This document shows, one piece after another, positions 49,536 through 59,538 of a stretch of DNA of 64,000 bases. Every line of letters starts with the position of its first letter. The first letter of the stretch is position 1. The stretch spans positions 3,176 through 67,175 of the forward strand of contig DASPXM010000071.1 in assembly GCA_035637295.1 (NCBI GenBank), given 5' to 3'. The stretch comes from Verrucomicrobiia bacterium. GTDB taxonomy: Bacteria > Desulfobacterota > Binatia > UBA9968. The notes beneath the pieces were generated by a model. It did not search any database. It saw only the letters and a program-made list of their open reading frames with translations, and was not told where the DNA came from. The position numbers were made by a program, and so were the translations under genes.

Positions 49536-50486
49536 TCAATCGGCCGCCCACTCACCTATAAGCTTCACTTCCAGAACCAACTCGACGCCGAACTGTCTGC
49601 GCACTTCTGCCTGTGCCAGCTCCGTGAGTTGCAGCACGTCCGCTGCTTTGGCGCCGCCGAGATTGACGATGAAGTTCGCATGGCGCTCGGATATTTGTGA
49701 CTGGCCGATCCGCTTGCCTTTCAGCCCGGCGGCCTCGATCAACCGGCCCGCGTAATCCCCCGGTGGATTACGAAACATCGACCCCGAATTGGGATAACCG
49801 GAAGGCTGGCTGGCTTTTCGCCGACGCACCAGCTCGTGAAGCTTGGAGCCCACCGCGGCGGGCTCGGCCTTGGGTAATTGCATGCGCACACGAGTCACGA
49901 TCGTTCCTGGCGGTAAATGAGAATCGCGGTAGCTAAAAGTCATCTCACCCCGGCTAAACCGAATTGGCTGTCCTTGCGACGTTACCCCTTCGATTTGATC
50001 GGCGACTTTTTCGAACTCGGAACCATACGCTCCCGCGTTCATGAACAGCGCGCCACCGACACTGCCGGGAATGCCCTCGGCAAATTCCAGACCCGCATAC
50101 CCTTTGCGCGCCGCTTCGCGAACCAATTGCGTTACCGCGTAGGCTGCGCCGACATGCACATGGACCCGTGCAGCTTCTTCCTGCCATTCGATTTTTCTAA
50201 ATTCTCCAGCTAAGCGGATCACCGCACCGCGCACGCCACGGTCGCTGATCAAAACATTGCTGCCGTTGCCCAGCAGATAAAAACTCATGGCGCGCTGATT
50301 GAGCGAGCGCAAAACACTCACCAATGCCGCGTCTGTATGCGCTTCGATGAAATAATCCGCCGGTCCACCGATCTTCATCGACGTGTAGCGCGCCAAAGGC
50401 TCGGCAGTCTTCACTTTCAGCCCGGAAATGGCCTTGAGCTCCTGCGCCAGAGGCGATTCGTTAGTCTCTTTGGCCATGGCAAACAT
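49536..50486 (-). CDS. murB: UDP-N-acetylenolpyruvoylglucosamine reductase
   Basis: KVKTAEPLARYTSMKIGGPADY matches B. subtilis MurB KVLANEPLANHTTMKIGGPADV. ATG at 50486 chosen. The track N-extension is encoded by the octamer-repeat region. Confidence 0.8.
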   Translation of the reverse strand: MFAMAKETNESPLAQELKAISGLKVKTAEPLARYTSMKIGGPADYFIEAHTDAALVSVLRSLNQRAMSFYLLGNGSNVLISDRGVRGAVIRLAGEFRKIEWQEEAARVHVHVGAAYAVTQLVREAARKGYAGLEFAEGIPGSVGGALFMNAGAYGSEFEKVADQIEGVTSQGQPIRFSRGEMTFSYRDSHLPPGTIVTRVRMQLPKAEPAAVGSKLHELVRRRKASQPSGYPNSGSMFRNPPGDYAGRLIEAAGLKGKRIGQSQISERHANFIVNLGGAKAADVLQLTELAQAEVRRQFGVELVLEVKLIGEWAAD

Positions 50487-50497
50487 CACAACTGAAT

Positions 50498-50576
50498 TGG
50501 AGTGTTGGAGTGCTGGAATATTAAGGTGTTGGGCCTCCCCCATCACTCCACCACTCCATCACTCCAGCACTCCAAT
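50498..50576. repeat. REP-like inverted array of TGGAGTG-type octamer repeats (copy 2)
   Basis: TTGGAGTG TTGGAGTG CTGG, a 24-nt spacer, then four tandem NCACTCCA units (TCACTCCA CCACTCCA TCACTCCA GCACTCCA). Lies between the murC stop and murB start. Confidence 0.55.
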
Positions 50577-50586
50577 CCCCAAGTCT

Positions 50587-51957
50587 TCACTTCAGCGCCT
50601 CAACCAAGGCTTCCCCGACCTTGTAGATATCGCCCGCGCCAAGCGTCAGAGCGATGTCGCCGCCATTCAGTTTTTCTGCCAGCTGCGCGACAAGCTGGTT
50701 TTTGTCCGGGACGAATTCCACATCCAGATGGCCCTTGCGTTTGATCGCTTGATACAGCGCGTCGCCGGTGATGCCGGAAATCGGATCTTCGCCGGCGGGG
50801 TAAATTTCCGTGAGCACGAGCCGATCCGCGCCTTCAAAAGCGGTCAAGAATTCATCGAAGAGATCCCTGGTTCGGGTAAAGCGGTGCGGCTGAAAGATCA
50901 CCGTCAACGGCCGCTTCCAGCTATCGCGGATGGCGCCAATCGTCGCGCGAATTTCCGTCGGATGGTGGCCGTAATCATCCACGACCATGATTCCCTTGGG
51001 CTCACCCTTGATTTCGAATCGCCGGTGAATCCCGGTAAATGCGCCCAGCCCCTCGACCACGTGCGTGAAGGGAATCTCGAGCTCATGAGCAACGGCGACG
51101 GCCGCCAACGCGTTCGTCGCGCTGTGTCGCCCGGGCAGGTTCAAGCGCAACCGACCCAACGACTTTCCATGACGCAGCACGGTAAATTCGACTCCGGCCG
51201 CCGTCATTTTCAGATCCTGAGCCGAATACTCGGCCTCGGCGGAGAGCCCGTATGTCGTGAAGCGCTTTTTCGCTTTGGGCAAAAGACCATGCACGTTGGC
51301 GCCGTCGATACAGAGCACGGCCAATCCATAGAATGGCACTTGGTTCATGAACGTGAGAAAACTTTCGTTGAGCCGTTCCATCGTCTGATGGAAATCCATG
51401 TGCTCCTTATCGATGTTGGTCACCACGGCGATGGTCGGTGACAACAGCAGAAAACTGCCGTCGCTTTCATCCGCCTCGGCGACCAGAAATTCGCCCTGGC
51501 CCATCTTGGCGTTGGTCCCGAGCATATGCACTCGGCCGCCGATTACCATCGTCGGATCCAGTCCCGCCGTGCTCAACACCGCGGCGATCATCGACGTTGT
51601 CGTCGTCTTTCCATGACTGCCAGCCACCGCAACGCCGTACTTCATGCGCATCAGCTCAGCCAACATTTCCGCGCGTGGGATCACCGGGATATGGCGCCGG
51701 CGCGCTTCCAACACTTCCGGGTTGGAATATTTGACCGCCGTGGAAATCACGACAACGGACGGGTTGCCGGCAAGGTTTACCTCTTGGTGTCCGACAAACA
51801 CGCGCGCGCCGAGCGCACGTAGTCGTCGGGTCACTTCGCTTTCCTGAAGATCCGAGCCGGTCACCACATACCCCGAATTCAACAAAACCTCGGCGATGCC
51901 GCTCATGCCGATGCCGCCGATGCCGACGAAATGAATTTTATGTTTCTTCTGCAGCAT
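50587..51957 (-). CDS. murC: UDP-N-acetylmuramate--L-alanine ligase
   Basis: IHFVGIGGIGMSGIAEVL and AVAGSHGKTTTTSM Mur-ligase motifs. 456 aa. Confidence 0.9.
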   Translation of the reverse strand: MLQKKHKIHFVGIGGIGMSGIAEVLLNSGYVVTGSDLQESEVTRRLRALGARVFVGHQEVNLAGNPSVVVISTAVKYSNPEVLEARRRHIPVIPRAEMLAELMRMKYGVAVAGSHGKTTTTSMIAAVLSTAGLDPTMVIGGRVHMLGTNAKMGQGEFLVAEADESDGSFLLLSPTIAVVTNIDKEHMDFHQTMERLNESFLTFMNQVPFYGLAVLCIDGANVHGLLPKAKKRFTTYGLSAEAEYSAQDLKMTAAGVEFTVLRHGKSLGRLRLNLPGRHSATNALAAVAVAHELEIPFTHVVEGLGAFTGIHRRFEIKGEPKGIMVVDDYGHHPTEIRATIGAIRDSWKRPLTVIFQPHRFTRTRDLFDEFLTAFEGADRLVLTEIYPAGEDPISGITGDALYQAIKRKGHLDVEFVPDKNQLVAQLAEKLNGGDIALTLGAGDIYKVGEALVEALK

Positions 51958-51981
51958 GAAACTTCAGTTAGCGGCAAAATT

Positions 51982-53049
51982 TTATCCATGGGCCAAGGCG
52001 TAACACTCATCGACGATTCGCGTCGCGGCTTGAGGGCGTCCCATGGCGCGCGCGGCGGACGCCATTCGATCGATTCGGCCGCGATCCGCCACGTAGCTGC
52101 GAATTCTCTCCGACAGAATTTGCCCGTCCAATACTTGATCCAAAATCATTTCGGCGGCGCCGCGCTCTTGGAGAGCTTGGGCGTTGCCGCGCTGATGATC
52201 GTAAATCGCGTAAGGATACGGCACGACGATCGCCGCCTTGCCGAACGCGGTCAGTTCCGCCACCGTCGTCGCGCCGGCGCGACACAGCACCAGATCGGCC
52301 CGCGCATAAGCTTCATCCATTTTGTCGATGAACGGCGTTATTTCCGCTTCGAACGGCAGCGCCGCGTAAGCTTCCTTGATCGCGGCGTAATCAAGCTCGC
52401 CGGTTTGGTGCGCGACAAAAAGAGCCGACTGAAGATCGGTCAATTGTTTGAGCGCGTCGACTACCGCAAAATTGATGCGGCGGGCACCGGCGCTGCCGCC
52501 GAATACCAACAGCGAAAACTTGTCGCGTCTTTGAACCTCGGGCAGTTTTTGCCAGCGGACCGGATTGCCGGTTTCGATCACTCGAGCGCGCGGAAAATAT
52601 TCCACGCTCTTGCCGTAGGACGTGAACACGCGATTGACCAGCCGCGAAAGAATTTTGTTGGTAAAGCCGGGACGAAGATTTTGCTCCATGATAGCGCAGC
52701 GCATGCCGGCCAACTTGGCTGCGAGCAGTACTGGGCCCGAGGCATAGCCGCCCAATCCGATCACGCAGTCGGGGCGAAATTTTTTGATCACCGCCAACGA
52801 GCGCACGACGCTCGCGGGCACGCCGTAGAGCGCGTCGAGCAAACCGCGCATCCCTCTTCCTTTAAGGCCCTTGACCGTCAAGGTCTCCAATCTGAATCCC
52901 GCTTTTGGCAACACGCGAAATTCGATCCCTTGTTCCGTTCCGACGAACAAGATCTCCGTCATCGGATCGCGCCGTTGAAATTCCCGCGCCACCGCCAGCC
53001 CGGGGAACAGATGGCCACCGGTTCCCCCGCCGGCGAAGATCACCCGCAT
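51982..53049 (-). CDS. murG: undecaprenyldiphospho-muramoylpentapeptide beta-N-acetylglucosaminyltransferase
   Basis: MRVIFAGGGTGGHLFPGLAVA N-terminus. 355 aa. Confidence 0.9.
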   Translation of the reverse strand: MRVIFAGGGTGGHLFPGLAVAREFQRRDPMTEILFVGTEQGIEFRVLPKAGFRLETLTVKGLKGRGMRGLLDALYGVPASVVRSLAVIKKFRPDCVIGLGGYASGPVLLAAKLAGMRCAIMEQNLRPGFTNKILSRLVNRVFTSYGKSVEYFPRARVIETGNPVRWQKLPEVQRRDKFSLLVFGGSAGARRINFAVVDALKQLTDLQSALFVAHQTGELDYAAIKEAYAALPFEAEITPFIDKMDEAYARADLVLCRAGATTVAELTAFGKAAIVVPYPYAIYDHQRGNAQALQERGAAEMILDQVLDGQILSERIRSYVADRGRIDRMASAARAMGRPQAATRIVDECYALAHG

Positions 53050-53051
53050 GA

Positions 53052-54146
53052 CTAGAGTCTCCGGCGCGAGAGACCCAGCAATATTCCCGCCGCCATCAGG
53101 TTGATCACCATGGCGGATCCGCCGTAGCTAATAAACGGCAATACCAAACCCTTGGTCGGCATCAATCCCATGACGACGCCCATATGGATCAAGGCTTGCG
53201 CCCCGAGAAGCACTGTCACGCCAAATGCCAGATATTGCTCGAACGGCTCTTCGATCTTGGCCGTTAGTCTAAAGCCGCGCGTGATGATGACGCCGAACAG
53301 CGCCAAAACCACCCACGCTCCCAACAGACCCAATTCTTCGCCGACCACCGAATAGACAAAATCGGTATGCGCTTCCGGCAGATAAAAAAGTTTCTGGCGG
53401 CTTTCGCCTAAGCCTCGCCCCCAGAGTTGACCGGAGCCGAATGCAATCAAGGACTGAATGACGTGAAATCCGCTGCCGGCGGCATCGCTCCATGGATCTA
53501 AGAATGTCATCAGCCGGCGCACGCGGTACTCAGCCTTCGTCATCACATAGACTAACAGGGGCAAAGCCATCAGCCCGGTGGCGAGCAGATGATGCACGCG
53601 CGCGCCGCCGACGAACAGCATGAAATAGAGCAACATGGTCATAATCAGCGCGCTGCCGAAATCAGGTTCGAGCAGCAGCACCCCGGCAAACGCCCCACTC
53701 ACCATCAGGTGGGGCAGAACGCCGACGGAAAACGTGCGGATCGTTTGCTCCTTCTTGGCCATGGAGTGGGCGAGATAAAAAATCATGGCCAGCTTCGCCA
53801 GCTCGGACGGCTGAAAAGCGAAGCCAGCGAGCATGATCCAGCGCCGCGCGCCGCCGCGGTTCACGCCGATGCCCGGAACCAAAACGAGGATGAGGACGAC
53901 AAACGTAACGGCCAAAAGCGGATAGGCCAGCCGACGATAAAGCGTGGACGGCACCATCGAGCAAACGATCAAGGCCACGGCGCCCACGCCCATGGCAAGC
54001 AGCTGTTTGCGGAAGAAGTAAGTTCCGTCGCCGTAGCGTTCTTGGGAGTAAAGATAGCTGGTGCTCAAGACCATGGTCATGCCCAGCGCCAGCAGGCACA
54101 CGACCGACAGCAGCATCCATTTATCAATCGCCAAACCGTCTCTCAT
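53052..54146 (-). CDS. ftsW: peptidoglycan glycosyltransferase FtsW (SEDS family)
   Basis: 364 aa polytopic SEDS protein, positioned between murD and murG. Confidence 0.85.
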   Translation of the reverse strand: MRDGLAIDKWMLLSVVCLLALGMTMVLSTSYLYSQERYGDGTYFFRKQLLAMGVGAVALIVCSMVPSTLYRRLAYPLLAVTFVVLILVLVPGIGVNRGGARRWIMLAGFAFQPSELAKLAMIFYLAHSMAKKEQTIRTFSVGVLPHLMVSGAFAGVLLLEPDFGSALIMTMLLYFMLFVGGARVHHLLATGLMALPLLVYVMTKAEYRVRRLMTFLDPWSDAAGSGFHVIQSLIAFGSGQLWGRGLGESRQKLFYLPEAHTDFVYSVVGEELGLLGAWVVLALFGVIITRGFRLTAKIEEPFEQYLAFGVTVLLGAQALIHMGVVMGLMPTKGLVLPFISYGGSAMVINLMAAGILLGLSRRRL

Positions 54147-55477
54147 AATGCTTGCACGAGGCGCTTAAAAATTTTTCCTCGTTCCGCGTAGTTGCGAAAC
54201 TGATCGAAACTGGAACAAGCCGGCGAAAGCAGCACCACATCGCCCGCGTGCGCGTGCGTCGCGGCGTCGCTGACTGCCGCATGAAGATCGTCGACGATAA
54301 CGGTCTCGGTAAACTGTCCCACGCTGCGCGCCATGATCTCCTTCGCGGCGCCGAACAGCACCAAGCGGCGCACCTTTTTCTTGATTTCATCGGCGAGGGG
54401 AGCATAATCGCCGCCCTTATCGACGCCGCCGGCGAGCAAGATCACCGGATCGGTAAAACTGGCCAGCGATTTCACGACGGCGCCGACATTGGTTCCCTTG
54501 GAGTCATTGTAATAACCCACGCCATTTCGCTGCCGGACAAACTCGAGGCGGTGCTCGAGCCCGGGAAAGCTGTCCAGAATCTCTTGAATCGCCGCGCGGG
54601 AGATCCCAACGCACTTTGCTATAGCAACCGCGGCCATCATGTTTTCCACGTTGTGCACGCCGTGAAGTTTGACGTTAGCGAGGGAGAAGCGCTCTTCCTG
54701 CGCGTCAAAGCGCCAAATAATTTCGGTGGCGGTGGCGAAAACCCCATCCCTCACCTCGGAGAAGCCGAAAGAGGCGATCCGAGCCCTGATGCGTCCGCGC
54801 ATTTCCCAGACACGCGGGTCGTCACGGTTGAGAATCGCGAAGTCGTCACTCGTTTGAGCTTCGAAGATCCGCTCCTTGGCACGGCAGTAATCGGCAAACG
54901 TCGCATAGCGGTCTAAATGATCTTCGCTAATATTGAGCAAGGCAGCCATTCGCGGGCGAAACTTCTCGATCCACTCCAATTGAAAACTGCTGATCTCGAC
55001 AACTCCCCAGTCCCAGTCGTCCGACACGGCGGCGATCAAAGGCACGCCTAGATTACCGCCGATAAAAACCTTTCGGCCACTGGCCTTGATCATTTCGCCG
55101 ACCAAGGTTGTCGTGGTGCTCTTGCCGTTGGTCCCGGTAATCGCAACCAAAGGTGCGCGGAAAAATCGATACGCCAGTTCGACTTCGCTGAAAACCGGAA
55201 TCCGCAACGCTACGGCTTGCCGTAACAAACGATTTTCCTGCGCCACTCCCGGACTCGGAATGACGCAATCGACCCCGGCGAGCCAACCAACCTCTTCGCC
55301 GCCCAAATGATAATCGACCGGCAGCCCGGCGAGAGTTTCCTTGGCTTGCTTGAGTTCGTCTTCCTGGCGCAGGTCGCTAACCACCACACTGGCTCCGTGT
55401 CGCGAAAGAAAACGCGCAGATTCGCTGCCGGTGCGCGCAAGCCCAATGACCAGAACCTTTTTGCCTTTGAGCTCCAT
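54143..55477 (-). CDS. murD: UDP-N-acetylmuramoylalanine--D-glutamate ligase
   Basis: VLVIGLARTGSESARFL. AITGTNGKSTTTTL. 444 aa. Confidence 0.9.
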   Translation of the reverse strand: MELKGKKVLVIGLARTGSESARFLSRHGASVVVSDLRQEDELKQAKETLAGLPVDYHLGGEEVGWLAGVDCVIPSPGVAQENRLLRQAVALRIPVFSEVELAYRFFRAPLVAITGTNGKSTTTTLVGEMIKASGRKVFIGGNLGVPLIAAVSDDWDWGVVEISSFQLEWIEKFRPRMAALLNISEDHLDRYATFADYCRAKERIFEAQTSDDFAILNRDDPRVWEMRGRIRARIASFGFSEVRDGVFATATEIIWRFDAQEERFSLANVKLHGVHNVENMMAAVAIAKCVGISRAAIQEILDSFPGLEHRLEFVRQRNGVGYYNDSKGTNVGAVVKSLASFTDPVILLAGGVDKGGDYAPLADEIKKKVRRLVLFGAAKEIMARSVGQFTETVIVDDLHAAVSDAATHAHAGDVVLLSPACSSFDQFRNYAERGKIFKRLVQAL

Positions 55478-55492
55478 CGATCATCGCCATTG

Positions 55493-56569
55493 TCATCGGA
55501 GCTTCAAGGTACTCAAGCCGATCACGGCGCAAATAAAGGAAATGATCCAAAAACGCACGATGATTTGCGGTTCTTTCCAGCCTTTGAGCTCGTAATGATG
55601 ATGGATCGGCGCCATCAGAAAAACGCGCTTGCGCCTGATCTTGTAAGAAATCACCTGAAAAATGACCGACAGCGATTCGATGACGAACACGCCGCCGACA
55701 ATGATCAGCAGAATCTCGTTCTTGGTCATCACCGCGACGACGCCGAGAGCCGCGCCGAGGGCGAGCGAGCCAACGTCGCCCATGAACATCTCCGCGGGAT
55801 AGGCGTTGTACCAGAGAAAGCCCAAACCTGCGGCCACCACCGCGGCGCAAAAGACGCTCAACTCGCCGACGCCGGCGACATAGGGAATCTGCAGATACTC
55901 CGCCAGCTTCAAGTGACCGGTGACGTACGCGATAACGGCGTACGTGCCGGCGGCAATCATCACGGGACCGATGGCAAGACCATCGAGACCGTCAGTCAGA
56001 TTGACGGCGTTGGAAGTAAAAACGATGACCATCATCGCAAAAGGGATATAAAGGACGCCGAGGTCCAAACGGAAAGTTTTAATAAACGGAAACGCAATCT
56101 CGGTGCTAAACCTGGGCTGGTAGTAAAGGGCAACGGCAACGATGAAGGCGACGGCGAGCTGGCCGAGCAGTTTTGCCGGCGGCGAAAGCCCTTTGCTGTT
56201 TTTGCGGGTCAATTTCAAGTAATCATCGACAAATCCGACCACGCCGGTGCCCAAAGTGGCGATTAGCGCGAGCAAAACATAACGATTGGCGATGTCAGCC
56301 ATCATCAGCGTCGAAAATAACAGCGCCAGAATAATCAGCGCGCCGCCCATGGTCGGCGTCCCCGCCTTGACCGCGTGGTGCGCCGGTCCGTCGTCGCGAA
56401 TTTGCTGGCCAATCTGCTTCTCCGTCAAAGTTCGAATCAACCACGGCCCGAGAAGAAAAGAGATAACGAGGGCCAGCAATGCCGCCATCGCGGCGCGAAA
56501 CGTGATGTAGCGAAAGACATTGAAGCCCGAGTACGAGGTTGCCAGCGGAAACAGTAGGTAGTAAAGCAA
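55493..56569 (-). CDS. mraY: phospho-N-acetylmuramoyl-pentapeptide transferase
   Basis: TTG start at 56567-56569, 6 nt after AGGAGA, gives [21 protein letters not shown]. This aligns with E. coli [21 protein letters not shown]. The track GTG at 56605 is less likely. Confidence 0.85.
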   Translation of the reverse strand: MLYYLLFPLATSYSGFNVFRYITFRAAMAALLALVISFLLGPWLIRTLTEKQIGQQIRDDGPAHHAVKAGTPTMGGALIILALLFSTLMMADIANRYVLLALIATLGTGVVGFVDDYLKLTRKNSKGLSPPAKLLGQLAVAFIVAVALYYQPRFSTEIAFPFIKTFRLDLGVLYIPFAMMVIVFTSNAVNLTDGLDGLAIGPVMIAAGTYAVIAYVTGHLKLAEYLQIPYVAGVGELSVFCAAVVAAGLGFLWYNAYPAEMFMGDVGSLALGAALGVVAVMTKNEILLIIVGGVFVIESLSVIFQVISYKIRRKRVFLMAPIHHHYELKGWKEPQIIVRFWIISFICAVIGLSTLKLR

Positions 56570-56579
56570 TTCCAATCTC

Positions 56580-57983
56580 CTATGCCTTTCCGCTTCTGAG
56601 CTCACCGAGAATGGTTTCCATCCTCATGCCGCGCGATCCTTTTAATAGCAGCCAATCGCCCTTCTTCACTCGCTCACGGAGCCTGCGAACGAGATCGGCG
56701 TGATCTTTACCGATAAAGATTTGCTCCGGTCGCAGGCCGTGCTGCAGCGCGCCTTTACGAACCTCCGTTGCCTGCTTACCGAGCAGATAGAGCGCGTCGA
56801 TCTTTACACTCGCCGCGAATTTGCCAAGCTGGCGATGTTCTTTTGCGCTTTGTTTGCCGAGCTCGAACATGTCTCCAAGCGCGGCAATTCTGTTGCCACG
56901 ACAATCGATTTCCGCCAGGGTTTGCAGCGCCGCTTGCATCGAGGCCGGATTGGCATTGTAAGTGTCATTAATAATGCCGACACCTTTAGACTCTTCGATT
57001 TGCATGCGCATGGAGAAAGGCCGGACCCTTTCCAAGCCGCGGCGAATCGCCGGCAATTTGACTCCGGCGCCGAGAGCTAGGGCCGCTGCGCCCAGCGCGT
57101 TGCTAATGTTGTGTTGGCCCAGATAGTTGAGCTCCACGTTACAGCGCCGCAGACCGGCATGCAGAACGAATTGCATCCCTGTTGTCCCACGCAGGCGCCG
57201 GGACTGCGCGCGCACCTGTCCGAGCCTGCCGTAGGTGATTTTTTTACCTTTGAACCTAGCCGCAAGCTTTCTAACCCACGGATCGTCCAGATTCACCGCA
57301 ATCGTGCCGCGAGGGCGAATGTTCTGGTAAAGAGCGCCCTTTTCTCGGGCAACGCCGGCCAAGCTCTTCAATCCTTCAAGATGCGCCGCCGCAACCGAGG
57401 TAATGATCCCCGCGTCCGGGTCGGCGATTTCGGCAAGGCGCTGAATTTCTCCGGGATGATTGGTGCCGAGTTCGACTACGGCGACCTTGTGCCGTTTTCG
57501 CAATCTGAGGAGGGTCAATGGCAGACCAACGAGATTGTTGAAATTACCTTCGGTCTTTAGCACCTTGCCGCGTAAGGACTCGCCGTCGAGCCAGGCTTCT
57601 TCGAGTATCGCCGCAATCATTTCCTTTGTCGTGGTTTTGCCGTTGGAGCCGGTAATCGCCAGTACCCTAGGGGCAAACTGTTGGCGGCGATAATAGGCGA
57701 GATCGCCCAACGCCCGCAGCGTGTCAGGCACTCTAACCGTCGTCGTCTTGTCGAGAATTTTCCCGTGTAACGGGCGATGAACGATCACGCAGGCGGCGCC
57801 GCGGCGCACCGCGTCTGCGACAAATCGATGGCCGTCATGCCGCTCGCCCTTTAAGGCGACGAAAACCGAACCTCTTTTGATCTTCATCGAATCGGTCACA
57901 ATTTCACCGAATCGCCTTATCCCGCTATCTCGCGCCATCTTGCCGCCGGTCGCTGCGACAATTTCTGCTTTGCTCCACGACAT
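56580..57983 (-). CDS. murF: UDP-N-acetylmuramoyl-tripeptide--D-alanyl-D-alanine ligase
   Basis: [14 protein letters not shown]. 467 aa. Confidence 0.9.
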   Translation of the reverse strand: MSWSKAEIVAATGGKMARDSGIRRFGEIVTDSMKIKRGSVFVALKGERHDGHRFVADAVRRGAACVIVHRPLHGKILDKTTTVRVPDTLRALGDLAYYRRQQFAPRVLAITGSNGKTTTKEMIAAILEEAWLDGESLRGKVLKTEGNFNNLVGLPLTLLRLRKRHKVAVVELGTNHPGEIQRLAEIADPDAGIITSVAAAHLEGLKSLAGVAREKGALYQNIRPRGTIAVNLDDPWVRKLAARFKGKKITYGRLGQVRAQSRRLRGTTGMQFVLHAGLRRCNVELNYLGQHNISNALGAAALALGAGVKLPAIRRGLERVRPFSMRMQIEESKGVGIINDTYNANPASMQAALQTLAEIDCRGNRIAALGDMFELGKQSAKEHRQLGKFAASVKIDALYLLGKQATEVRKGALQHGLRPEQIFIGKDHADLVRRLRERVKKGDWLLLKGSRGMRMETILGELRSGKA

Positions 57984-57994
57984 TCTCCGTCGGC

Positions 57995-59533
57995 TTACTC
58001 GCTGGCTCGGCGTTCCAACTCGTCGCGAGCCACCTCCCGATCGTCGAAATGAATCTTCGTCGTCCCCAAGATCTGATAATCCTCGTGGCCTTTGCCGGCG
58101 ATCAGAACCAAATCACCAGGGCGCGCGGCCCCGAGCGCGATGCCAATCGCTTTTCGGCGATCGGCTTCCACGACGTAGCCGCGTTCAGCTTCGCTTTCGC
58201 CGACTCGAGACCGGAGACCCGAAAACCTTTTGAGCCCAGTCGTGGCGACGCCAGCCTCAACCTCATCGACAATCATCAGTGGGTCCTCTGTGCGCGGATT
58301 GTCGGATGTGATGACCACGAAGTCGCTCAGCCGGCCGGTGATCTCGCCCATCAAAGGCCGCTTGCCGCGATCGCGGTCCCCACCGCAACCAAAGACGGTG
58401 ATGAGTTTACCGCGCGTTAACGGGCGTAACGCGCCGAGTACTTTTTCGAGCGCGTCAGGCGTATGGGCATAGTCGACCAAGACCGAGATGCCGAGACGGT
58501 TGTCAATTTTTTCGAGTCGCCCGGGAACCGTCCGTAGCTGCCGAATCCCTTGCGCCGCTATGCCATCACCGAGTCCCAGCGTGCGTCCGACCGCGACCGC
58601 GCCGAGAATATTTTGCAAATTGGCCGCGCCGATCAGAGAGGAAGTAAACTCGATCTTGCGCTCGCGCGCTTGAATCGTACCTCTGAGGCCGTTGACATTG
58701 CTTTTGACGTTCACTGGATGGACATCCCACTGCGAGCCTTCGCCATAACTCCACGCCTCCGTGCCCTGGCTCCCGACTTTTGCGATCAGTTCAGGACCGC
58801 GCGGATCTTCGCCGTAGATCACCGCCGCCTTTTGCGCTTTGACGCTGACCTTCAGATAATCAGTGAACAGCCGGCTCTTGGCCGAGAAGTATTCATCCAT
58901 GTCGCGATGATAATCGAGATGGTCGCGCGAGAGATTGGTAAATACGCCGACATCGAAATCCAATCCACGCACTCTTTGCTGCGCCAGAGCGTGTGACGAA
59001 ACTTCCATCGCGACGGATTTGACTCCGGCGCGGGCCATCTCTGCCAACATTTGTTCCAAGTCGGGGGACTCTGGCGTCGTGTGATGCGACGGGACTTCAT
59101 GTCCGCGATAGCGATAACTGATCGTACCGATCACTCCCGGCTCCATCCCCGCAGCCTGGAGCATCGACTCGACTAGATACGTAAGCGTCGTCTTGCCATT
59201 GGTGCCGGTCACACCCACCAACTTCAGTCGTCGGCTGGGCTGGTTAAAAAAATGCGCCGCCCACAATCCCATCGTGCGACGGACATCTTTGACCCGAACC
59301 GTTGCCGTCGCCCGCGGCCAATTCCCATCCCGGGAAAAGACCACAGCGGCAGCGTTGCGCCGCACTGATTCCGCTATGAAATCATGACCGTCGGCCTTCT
59401 CCCCTGGCACCGCGAAAAAAATATGTCCCGCGCTCACTTTCCGTGAATCGTATGTCAACCCGTTTACTTCCTGATCCAGATTTCCTGCAGCCGCTGCCAC
59501 CTCCTCGATGGCCAGGAACTCTTTGATTCGCAT
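57995..59533 (-). CDS. murE: UDP-N-acetylmuramoyl-L-alanyl-D-glutamate--2,6-diaminopimelate ligase
   Basis: VTGTNGKTTLTY. DNPR motif (SDNPRTEDP) indicates meso-DAP specificity. 512 aa. Confidence 0.9.
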   Translation of the reverse strand: MRIKEFLAIEEVAAAAGNLDQEVNGLTYDSRKVSAGHIFFAVPGEKADGHDFIAESVRRNAAAVVFSRDGNWPRATATVRVKDVRRTMGLWAAHFFNQPSRRLKLVGVTGTNGKTTLTYLVESMLQAAGMEPGVIGTISYRYRGHEVPSHHTTPESPDLEQMLAEMARAGVKSVAMEVSSHALAQQRVRGLDFDVGVFTNLSRDHLDYHRDMDEYFSAKSRLFTDYLKVSVKAQKAAVIYGEDPRGPELIAKVGSQGTEAWSYGEGSQWDVHPVNVKSNVNGLRGTIQARERKIEFTSSLIGAANLQNILGAVAVGRTLGLGDGIAAQGIRQLRTVPGRLEKIDNRLGISVLVDYAHTPDALEKVLGALRPLTRGKLITVFGCGGDRDRGKRPLMGEITGRLSDFVVITSDNPRTEDPLMIVDEVEAGVATTGLKRFSGLRSRVGESEAERGYVVEADRRKAIGIALGAARPGDLVLIAGKGHEDYQILGTTKIHFDDREVARDELERRASE

Positions 59534-59538
59534 CGCCG

